64,000 nucleotides of DNA from contig JADGPE010000002.1 in assembly GCA_017882605.1 (NCBI GenBank), positions 9,381-73,380 of the forward strand. The letters are read 5' to 3'. Position numbers and translations under genes: made by a program. The DNA is from Thermoleophilia bacterium. GTDB lineage: Bacteria > Actinomycetota > Thermoleophilia > Gaiellales > Gaiellaceae. Below, piece by piece: positions 45,701 to 53,380 of this stretch. Within the stretch, counting starts at the first letter, position 1. Every line of letters starts with the position of its first letter. The notes beneath the pieces are model-generated. The model made no database searches. It was not told the DNA's origin and saw only the letters and a program-made list of their open reading frames with translations.

Positions 45701-47266
45701 CTACGTCCCGGTCACGATCCCGGCGCCGCCTCGCCGGGCGTCGCCGGCGGCGGCCAGCGCACCGTCCCGCACCTCGACCGCGTTCGTGCCGCCGAAGAAG
45801 AGATTCCGCCTGCGCCAGCGCACGACCTCGTAGCCGAACGACTCCAGACGGTCGAGCACGGCCGGGTCGAAACCCCCCTCGCAGTGCAGGTGCGGCTCGT
45901 CGACGTGCACGCGCGGCCGATCGATCGCGGCCGCGACGTCGAGCCCGTGAGCGACGACGTTCGCGATCACCTGCATGATCGCGCCCCGCAGGCGCACCGA
46001 GCCGGCGCTGCCGACCACGAGGCGCGGTCCGTCGGGCCCGACCACCACGGTCGGCGCCATCATGCTCGTCAGCCGCCGCCCGGGCGCGGCCGGGCCGCCG
46101 GCCACGAGGTCGTACTCGCCGAGCATGTTGTTCAGGTGGATGCCGGTGCCGGAGACGATCACGCCCGACCCGGAGCCGGTCGACGAGGAGAGCGACGCCG
46201 CTGTGCCGTCTGCGTCGACGACCGACACGTGTGTCGTTCCTGCGGGCGCCGGCTCGGTGACCCCCGGCGCGCCCGCTTCCATCCGCGCCAGGCCGCGGGC
46301 GATCCCCGCGGGCGACAGCAGCCGCCGCCCGAGCCCGCCCCGGTGCAGGCCGCTCGTGAATCCCTCCTCCCGGACCCTCGTCTGTTCGCGCATCACCTCG
46401 GCGAGCGACGCGATCGACTCGGCGCTGCCGGCCGCGCCGTGTCCCGTGTGCTCAAGCAGCCCAAGTCCGTAGCCGATGAGGATCCCGCCCGAGGACGGCG
46501 GCGGGTTCGAGATCACCTCGTGACCGAGATAGCCGACGCGCACCGGCCGGCGCCAGGCGACGCGGTAGCCGGCGAGGTCCGCCTCGCTGATCGCGCCGCC
46601 GCCTTCGCTCACCGTCTGCACGATCGCGCGAGCGAGCTCACCGCGGTACAACGCTGCGGCTCCCTCCGCAGCGATCTGCTCGAATGTGCCGGCGAGATCG
46701 GGGAGATGCAGCGTGTCCCCGGGCGCGAGCCGCGACCCGTCCGGGCGGCTGTACACCCGCCGGCCCTCGGCGGTGTGACGCAGGATCAGGTCGAGGATCG
46801 CGTGCAGGTGCGCTTGGGCGCGGGAGACCTCCACCCCGGCCCGGGCGAGCTCGATCGCAGGCTCGAGCAGGATCTGCCACGGCAGGCGGCCGTACGAGCG
46901 GTGGACAGCCTCGAGCCCCGCTCCCGCTCCGGGCACGGCACAGGATGCCTCGCCGATCCGGAAGACCTGGGTGGTCCCGCTGTCACCACCGAACGCGACG
47001 TCGATCGCATGCATCTCCGCCTCGGTAGGCACAGCGCGGCCGATCCCCGGGGTCGAGACGAAGAAGTCCGCCACCCGGGCAGGGCGCCCGTCCGAGGGCA
47101 CGATCAGCGCGAAGCCTCCCGCGCCGGGACCGGTCAGTGGGCTCTCCGCCACCCAGGCGGCGAAGGCAGCCGCAACACAGGCGTCGACAGCGTTTCCGCC
47201 CTCCTCGAGCACCCGTGCGCCGGCGGCGGCGGTCAGCGGATGGCCTGCCGCGATCGCACCCCTCAT
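45701..47266 (-). CDS. ggt: gamma-glutamyltransferase
   Basis: GGNAVDA, autoprocessing/nucleophile GTTHVSVVD, GSGGS-like loops; ATG 47266. Confidence 0.9.
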   Translation of the reverse strand: MRGAIAAGHPLTAAAGARVLEEGGNAVDACVAAAFAAWVAESPLTGPGAGGFALIVPSDGRPARVADFFVSTPGIGRAVPTEAEMHAIDVAFGGDSGTTQVFRIGEASCAVPGAGAGLEAVHRSYGRLPWQILLEPAIELARAGVEVSRAQAHLHAILDLILRHTAEGRRVYSRPDGSRLAPGDTLHLPDLAGTFEQIAAEGAAALYRGELARAIVQTVSEGGGAISEADLAGYRVAWRRPVRVGYLGHEVISNPPPSSGGILIGYGLGLLEHTGHGAAGSAESIASLAEVMREQTRVREEGFTSGLHRGGLGRRLLSPAGIARGLARMEAGAPGVTEPAPAGTTHVSVVDADGTAASLSSSTGSGSGVIVSGTGIHLNNMLGEYDLVAGGPAAPGRRLTSMMAPTVVVGPDGPRLVVGSAGSVRLRGAIMQVIANVVAHGLDVAAAIDRPRVHVDEPHLHCEGGFDPAVLDRLESFGYEVVRWRRRNLFFGGTNAVEVRDGALAAAGDARRGGAGIVTGT

Positions 47267-47355
47267 GGATGTCCCCCTACGGCCGATGAAGAGAGCGTGG
47301 GACACATCCCTAGCCGAATCTTCACCCTTTCCCTACTAACTCGACGCGATGCTTC

Positions 47356-48384
47356 GTGGTCCACACAGCGAAGGCCCATCTCATGATCATCTCCCGTAGA
47401 AAGCTTCTCGTCTCCGCGACTGCGCTCGCCCTGCTCTTGGGCATCGCCTCGTCGCCGCAACTGCTGGGCGCGCACGTGGCCTCGGCGTTCGAGTCGCTGC
47501 GCGGCGCCGAGCAGCACTGGCTCCTCGTCGCGGTGGTCGGATTCGTAGCTTCCTTCGCCTGCACCGTGGGCGCGTGGCGCGCCGCGCTCAATGCCGCCGG
47601 CGGCCGCATCTGCCCCAGGCGGGCGGCCGCGAGCCTCGGCGTCGGGGCGATGGTCAACTCGTTCGCGCCGGCCAAGCTCGGTGACGCCGTGAAGGTTGCG
47701 CTCTTCTCGAAGGGGATCGACGCACCGGGCCGCATCTGGACCGCCGGCGGGGTCTACGCCGCGCTGGCGGCGGCGCGCTCGCTGATGCTCGCCGCACTGC
47801 TCGTTGTCGCATCGGTGACCGGGGCGATGCCGCTGTGGCCGGTGTTCGTGCTGTGCGGTCTCGTCGCTGCGCTCGCCGTGGCCGCCGCGCTCTCGGGCCG
47901 GCTGCGCCGCCACCCCCGGATCGCACAGGTGCTCTCCGGCCTCGTCGCGCTCGAGCGCTCGCCCCGCGCCCTGGTCACCGTGCTGGGCTGGACGGCGGCG
48001 ATGGTGCTCGCGCGCCTCGGAGCGACGATGGCAGTTGCCGCAGCGCTCGACATCCCGCATCCGGTGCTCGCTGCCCTGCTGATCCTGCCCGCGCTCGACG
48101 TCGCCTCCGCCTTCCCGATCACACCGGGCTCGATCGGCATCGGAAGCGGCGCAGTCGCTGTCGCACTCGCGAGCCGCGGCATCGGCATGAACGACGCGCT
48201 CGGCGTCGGGTTTGCGATCCAGGCGGTCGAGACGCTCGTCAGCGTCAGCGCCGGCGCACTCGGCGTCCTCTACCTCGCGGGCTCGCGTTCCGCCGTCCGC
48301 CGCTGGACGTTGCGGGTCGCGACGGTCGGCGGGTCGGTCGCGCTCGCAGCCGCGCTCGGCCTGCTCGTGTTCAACGTCTTCTGA
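47356..48384 (+). CDS. lysylphosphatidylglycerol-synthase-TM-region (UPF0104) family membrane protein
   Basis: Multi-pass membrane protein, PAKLGDAVK motif; start 47356 or ATG 47383. Confidence 0.7.
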   Translation: MVHTAKAHLMIISRRKLLVSATALALLLGIASSPQLLGAHVASAFESLRGAEQHWLLVAVVGFVASFACTVGAWRAALNAAGGRICPRRAAASLGVGAMVNSFAPAKLGDAVKVALFSKGIDAPGRIWTAGGVYAALAAARSLMLAALLVVASVTGAMPLWPVFVLCGLVAALAVAAALSGRLRRHPRIAQVLSGLVALERSPRALVTVLGWTAAMVLARLGATMAVAAALDIPHPVLAALLILPALDVASAFPITPGSIGIGSGAVAVALASRGIGMNDALGVGFAIQAVETLVSVSAGALGVLYLAGSRSAVRRWTLRVATVGGSVALAAALGLLVFNVF

Positions 48385-48392
48385 GACGGGAG

Positions 48393-49694
48393 TTACGACT
48401 CGCGCAGGAACGACGGCGGCTCGAGCACTTCTCCGAAGCCCGCCGACGCTGCGGTCACGAACGTCCCGCGCTTCGACGACGAGCGGCCGCCGATCCCCGT
48501 CGCCACGACCGTGATCCACATCTGTCCCTCGAGCCGGTCGTCGATCGTCGCGCCGAAGATGATGTTCGTGTCGTCCGTGGCCGCCTCTCGCACGGCCTCG
48601 GCGGCTTCATTGACCTCGTAGAGGGTCAGGTCGTCTCCACCTGCGATCGAGAGCAAGATGCCCCGCGCGCCGGTGATCTCCGTCTCGATCAACGGGCTGC
48701 GCAACGCACGCTCCGCGGCTTCCTTCGCGCGGTTTTCACCGGTTGCGTATCCGATCCCCATCAGCGCCGAGCCGGAGTCCGCCATGATCGTGCGCACGTC
48801 GGCAAAGTCGAGGTTGATCAGGCCCGGGTTGGTGATCAGGTCGCAGATGCCCTGGACGCCGTGCCGGAGCACGTCGTCGGCGATCCGGAAGGCGTCGAGC
48901 ATCGAAGTCGACTTGTCGAGCACCTCGAGCAAGCGATCATTCGGGACGACGATCAGCGTATCGCAGGCCTCGCGCAGCGCCTGCAGCCCGTCTTCGGCCT
49001 GCTTCTTGCGGCGCGATCCTTCGAATTTGAACGGCAGCGTCACGATGCCGACGGTCAGCGCACCGAGCTCGCGCGAGATCCGCGCGACGACGGGTGCGGC
49101 CCCTGACCCCGTGCCGCCACCCTCGCCGGCTGTGACGAACACCATGTCCGAGCCGCGCAGCGAGCGTTTGATCGCGTCGTAGCCGTCCTCCGCGGAGCGG
49201 CGGCCGATCTCCGGGTCGGCCCCCGAGCCGAGCCCCTCGGTGATCTCGCTGCCGATGTGGATCTTCGTCGAGGCATCGCTCATCTGCAGCTGCTGGATGT
49301 CGGTGTTGACCGCTATGAAGTCGACCTGGTTGATCCCGGCGTCGATCATCCGGTCGACCGCGTTCAGCCCGGCGCCGCCAACGCCGACGACGCGGATGAC
49401 GGCGAGGTACGACGCACTGTCGCGCGCGCGCTCGAGGCGCGCAGGCTGTTCGGGAAGCGGGTCGAGCCAGCGCGCCAACGGGCGCTCTGCGCCGGCAGGC
49501 TCGGCGTCGAGCTCGGGAGCGGAGGGAACCGCCCGGATCGGCGTCGGCTCGGGAGGAGCCGGGTCGTGCGCGACGGGCGCGGGAGTGACCGGCGGCTCCG
49601 TCGGAAGCTGCTGTTGTTCTCTGTGCTCGTCCTTCGACCTCCGCTGCGCTGCTTCCGTGGCCCGGAAGAGCTCGGCGAGCGGGCCTTCACGCAT
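48393..49694 (-). CDS. ftsZ: cell division protein FtsZ with apparent N-terminal extension
   Basis: VGVGGAGLNAV, GGGTGSGAAPVVA tubulin signature, NLDFADV T7 loop, C-terminal LEPPSFLR peptide; ATG 49694 overlaps parA stop by 8 nt; alternative TTG 49478. Confidence 0.9.
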   Translation of the reverse strand: MREGPLAELFRATEAAQRRSKDEHREQQQLPTEPPVTPAPVAHDPAPPEPTPIRAVPSAPELDAEPAGAERPLARWLDPLPEQPARLERARDSASYLAVIRVVGVGGAGLNAVDRMIDAGINQVDFIAVNTDIQQLQMSDASTKIHIGSEITEGLGSGADPEIGRRSAEDGYDAIKRSLRGSDMVFVTAGEGGGTGSGAAPVVARISRELGALTVGIVTLPFKFEGSRRKKQAEDGLQALREACDTLIVVPNDRLLEVLDKSTSMLDAFRIADDVLRHGVQGICDLITNPGLINLDFADVRTIMADSGSALMGIGYATGENRAKEAAERALRSPLIETEITGARGILLSIAGGDDLTLYEVNEAAEAVREAATDDTNIIFGATIDDRLEGQMWITVVATGIGGRSSSKRGTFVTAASAGFGEVLEPPSFLRES

Positions 49695-50532
49695 GCTGGC
49701 GCGATTTCTTGCCACTGAGCACCTCCTTTGCAAGGTCACGGTACATCTGCGCGGCATCTCCGGACGGTTCGTAGGCGAGGATGGATGCTCCCTTGACGGG
49801 CGCCTCTGCGAAGCGCACGGTCTTCCGAATGCGTGTGTTGTAGACGAGGTCGCCGAAGCTCTCGCGCAGAATCTCGTCGGCCTCGCGCGAGTGCGTCACT
49901 CGCTTGTCGTACATCGTCGGGACGATCCCGATGATCTCGACCTTCGGGTTGAGATTCTCGCGCACCATCGCGAGCGTGTTCTCGAGCTGCACGAGGCCGC
50001 GCAGTGAGAGGTACTCGGTCTGCACCGGGACGAGGACGCCGGTGGCCGCGACGAACGCGTTGATCGTGAGCAGCCCGAGCGAGGGCGGAGTGTCGATCAT
50101 GATGAAGTCGTAGTCGTCCCTGATCGGCGCAAGCGCCTTTTCGAGCGCGCGTTCGCGGCCGATCTGGCTCGAGAGCGCCATGTCCGCGCCGGCGAGGTCG
50201 ATCGACGAGACGGCGATGTCCACCTCGACGGTCTGGATCACCTCGGTGATCGGCAGGCGGTGGACCAGCACGTCGAACATCGAGGTCTCGATCGTGTCGG
50301 GATTCAGCCCCTGCGACATCGTCAGGTTCCCCTGCGGGTCGAGGTCGATCAGCAGCACTTTGTACCCCTGCTCGGCGAACGCGACGCCGAGGTTCAAAGT
50401 CGTGGTCGTCTTGGCAACGCCGCCCTTCTGGTTGGCGAGCGCGATCACCTGCGTCTCGCCAGGCAAAGGCACGCTCGCAAGGCGAACGTTGGGACGCGGA
50501 AGGAGGCGCGCGAGACCCATGTGAAGCGCCAT
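49687..50532 (-). CDS. ParA/Soj-family ATPase (no parB seen)
   Basis: Deviant Walker A NQKGGVAKTTT, LLIDLDPQGN; start ATG 50532 or 50520. Confidence 0.88.
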   Translation of the reverse strand: MALHMGLARLLPRPNVRLASVPLPGETQVIALANQKGGVAKTTTTLNLGVAFAEQGYKVLLIDLDPQGNLTMSQGLNPDTIETSMFDVLVHRLPITEVIQTVEVDIAVSSIDLAGADMALSSQIGRERALEKALAPIRDDYDFIMIDTPPSLGLLTINAFVAATGVLVPVQTEYLSLRGLVQLENTLAMVRENLNPKVEIIGIVPTMYDKRVTHSREADEILRESFGDLVYNTRIRKTVRFAEAPVKGASILAYEPSGDAAQMYRDLAKEVLSGKKSRQHA

Positions 50533-50543
50533 TTCGGGTTGGC

Positions 50544-50753
50544 TCAGCTCATTCCTTCCGCCTCCTTGCGAAGTTTCGCCGCCGCGGCCCGCGCCCGTGC
50601 GTCGCCCTCGGCCCTCGCCCACGCCTCGGCCTCGGGCACGAGCGCTCGCAGCTCGCCCAGCAGCTCGCGCGTGAGCCCGCCCGCTCGGAGCGTCTCGATT
50701 CGCTCCAGTCGAGCGAGCACACCTGCCGTCACACCGCCTTGCTCATCCACCAT
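50544..50753 (-). CDS. hypothetical small helical protein (69 aa)
   Basis: ORF-track ORF, ATG start, high GC3, ends 12 nt before parA start; no family recognised. Confidence 0.45.
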   Translation of the reverse strand: MVDEQGGVTAGVLARLERIETLRAGGLTRELLGELRALVPEAEAWARAEGDARARAAAAKLRKEAEGMS

Positions 50754-50820
50754 CCGACCGTAGCCGGACGGATGTGACGTGTCTGTGCCGTCTCCGTGAA
50801 AAGAGCGCGCCGGCGCGGTG

Positions 50821-52035
50821 CTAGGCGACGCGGAGCATGGACGCCGGGCGCGGGCGCATCCCGAGCAGGGTGTCGTCCAGTGCGAGCACGAGGTCGCCTC
50901 GGTTCCCGTGCAGGAGCGTCTCGACGAGCGTCCGGCGCACGGCGTCGCGCGCGTCGCGGCCGAGCGGCTCGGCGCGGAGGGTGTCGAGCAGCTCGCTGCG
51001 CTCTCGCCCCTTCTCGGTCAGGAGGACTGCGGCGCGCATCGTGGCGGCCCAGGGCCCACCGTCGCCGCCCAGCAGGCAGACGAGGCCCTCGCGGATCTGG
51101 GCGGATCGGAACGGCTCCTCCGAAAAGAGGGAGAGCTCCCAGCGGTCGAGCGCCTCGCCAAGCTCACGGTCGGTATCGGCGAGTGTCAACTGTGCGCGCA
51201 GGTCGGCGGCCAACCGAGCCCGTACCTTGTCGAGGCGCGTCGCGTCACCGCGCGGCTGCGTGGCGGCAATCGGCAGCAGCGGCGAGATGCGCAACGGGCG
51301 AAAATCGAGCCGCTCGAAGACGACGGGGCCGGCCGCGACCGCGCCTGCGGTCGCGAGGCGCAGGGCGGTGATCGCGTCGGCGAGCTCGGCCGCCGCGTCC
51401 GGCGGCTCCGACTCGTGTGGTTCGAGCTCGCGCCTCAACTCCAGCAGGAGCAGCCGGTCGACGTCGCGTCCGAACTCCGGCGGCAGCAGTCCCTGTGCTT
51501 CGGGCCAGAGGTGCGAGATCTCGCCCGTGACGACCTGGCGAAGCGTGATCCCGCCGCCGAGGTCGGCGTCGTTCCCGGCAGAGAGCCCGACCACCGGGGC
51601 GAGTGCGACATACGTGCGCGCGCTACCGAACAGGGTGCGCTCGAGGTCGGCGTAGGCCGCGTCGAAGGCGTCGTCGTGCCAGTCGAAGCCGCCGCTGCGC
51701 TCGGCGGTCCACGTCAGCATCGGGATGAGGATCGACCGGAAGAGCGCCTCGTCGCCGGTGTCCCCGATGCCGGAATGCGCGCGCGCGAAGATCGCCGCGG
51801 CGGGCTCGCGTTTCAAGTCGTCGATGGCGTTGCGCGCGTCGGGGAGCCGGCGCAACGTCGGCGCCTGCTCCTCGACGAAGCCGCGCACGAGGGGGCGGTA
51901 CTCGTAGAGCGACGGCCCGTCGCGTGTCGCGTGCTCTTCGAACGCAAACGGCACCTGGGCGCCGCGCTCGGCCGCGAACGCGGCGAGACAGAACGCGCGC
52001 AGGGACTCGTAGAGGTGCGGGGCGCGGAGCGACAC
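50821..52035 (-). CDS. hypothetical protein (404 aa), no recognised domain
   Basis: Very high GC3 and balanced acidic composition over whole frame; GTG 52035 is 9 nt after nei stop. Confidence 0.7.
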   Translation of the reverse strand: MSLRAPHLYESLRAFCLAAFAAERGAQVPFAFEEHATRDGPSLYEYRPLVRGFVEEQAPTLRRLPDARNAIDDLKREPAAAIFARAHSGIGDTGDEALFRSILIPMLTWTAERSGGFDWHDDAFDAAYADLERTLFGSARTYVALAPVVGLSAGNDADLGGGITLRQVVTGEISHLWPEAQGLLPPEFGRDVDRLLLLELRRELEPHESEPPDAAAELADAITALRLATAGAVAAGPVVFERLDFRPLRISPLLPIAATQPRGDATRLDKVRARLAADLRAQLTLADTDRELGEALDRWELSLFSEEPFRSAQIREGLVCLLGGDGGPWAATMRAAVLLTEKGRERSELLDTLRAEPLGRDARDAVRRTLVETLLHGNRGDLVLALDDTLLGMRPRPASMLRVA

Positions 52036-52044
52036 GTGGTGGAG

Positions 52045-52803
52045 TTACACGCGCGGCGGGTCGTCTCCTGCCTGGCAGCCGGGACACCAGTAGGTCATTC
52101 GGTTGTCGTCGCCCTGCCCCCACGAGCGAATGCGGGCGCCGCAGCGCGGGCAGGGACGGCCGGCGCGGCGATAGACCCGATGGCCGACGCGGCGTGCGTC
52201 GTCGACCGACGCGCGCATGAGCTCGGCTGCGGACTCGAGCGCCCGGCGACGATCCCCGTCGGACACGTCGCGGAGGCGGCGCCAGGGCGAGAGCTGCACC
52301 CCCCACAGTGCCTCCGCGAGCCACATGTTCCCGATCCCGGCGACGACCGACTGGTCGAGCAGCGTCTCGCCGAACCAACGCGTCTCGTCCGCCCTGCGCA
52401 TCCGTTCGAGCATCGTGTCGAAACGTGGCGGCCGTTCGAGGATGTCCGGGCCGAGCCGGGCGATCGACCGCGTGTGCAGTTCGAGCACCGGGCCGTTCCA
52501 GAGCACACCTTCGGCCCGCTCGCCACGCAGGACGAGCCACGGCGTCCCGGCTCGGGGGCCACCGAGCGGCGTGACGGTCCAGCGGCCCGACAGACGCAGG
52601 TGGGAGCGCAACACAATTCCGCCTTCGAACCGGAAGAGCAGATTCTTGCCGAGCGCCTCGACCGACTCGAGCACCCGGCCGTCGATCCGCTCCGCGATCC
52701 GCTCAGCACGCGCCCGGGGGTGCGGCGCGTCGACCGAAAGCCGCTGGCCGACCAGCGCCTGGAGGCGTCGAGCGGCACGATGGATCGTGTCCCCCTCGGG
52801 CAC
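52045..52803 (-). CDS. nei: Fpg/Nei family DNA glycosylase (endonuclease VIII-like)
   Basis: fMet-PEGDT N-terminus (catalytic Pro2) fixes start at GTG 52803; H2TH GIGNMWLAEALW; zinc finger CPRC...CPGC. Confidence 0.88.
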   Translation of the reverse strand: MPEGDTIHRAARRLQALVGQRLSVDAPHPRARAERIAERIDGRVLESVEALGKNLLFRFEGGIVLRSHLRLSGRWTVTPLGGPRAGTPWLVLRGERAEGVLWNGPVLELHTRSIARLGPDILERPPRFDTMLERMRRADETRWFGETLLDQSVVAGIGNMWLAEALWGVQLSPWRRLRDVSDGDRRRALESAAELMRASVDDARRVGHRVYRRAGRPCPRCGARIRSWGQGDDNRMTYWCPGCQAGDDPPRV

Positions 52804-52838
52804 GGCCGCCACCGTAACGGCCGTGGCAGAGTGCCGGC

Positions 52839-53303
52839 ATGAACCGCACGCGCTCGATCGCCGCCGGAGCCGCGGCAGCCCTCGTCTGGGGCGCCGCGGA
52901 ACGAATCGACCGCAAGGTGTTCGCGAACGACTACACGGACGTCGCGCTGCTCGGCAAGCTCGTGACGCGCTCCCGCGCCTGGCCGGTAGCCGGCTGCGTG
53001 CTCCACGCGGCGAACGGCGCCGTTTTCGGCCTGGCTTTCGACGTCGCGCGTCGCCGCACGTCCATCCCACCGCGGCGGCTGGCGCTCGGGCTCGCCCTCG
53101 GCGAGCACCTCGTGCTCTTCCCACTCGGCGCGCTGGTCGACCGCTATCACCCGGCGCGCGGCGAACCGGGAGTGGAGCGTGTGTTCGGCGGCCGTGCGTT
53201 CGCGCAGGCGACGGTCCGGCACGCTCTCTTCGGCGTCGTGCTCGGCCGGCTGGCCGCGTCGCGAGCGGGATCGTCACGAGTTCATCGCCCAGGCCGCCGG
53301 TGA
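52839..53303 (+). CDS. hypothetical membrane protein
   Basis: ATG start, high GC3, hydrophobic segments; no family recognised. Confidence 0.55.
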   Translation: MNRTRSIAAGAAAALVWGAAERIDRKVFANDYTDVALLGKLVTRSRAWPVAGCVLHAANGAVFGLAFDVARRRTSIPPRRLALGLALGEHLVLFPLGALVDRYHPARGEPGVERVFGGRAFAQATVRHALFGVVLGRLAASRAGSSRVHRPGRR

Positions 53304-53380
53304 CGCGGAGCGTCTCAACCTCTGGCGGAACCGAGTTCCACCGCACACAGGTGCGCCCTGCAGCGGAGATCGCCGCGGCG

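Noticed and set aside
50818-52842. 674-aa plus-strand ORF
   Set aside because: Antisense to the high-GC3 404-aa gene and to nei. The translation is Arg/Glu/Pro-rich without recognisable motifs.
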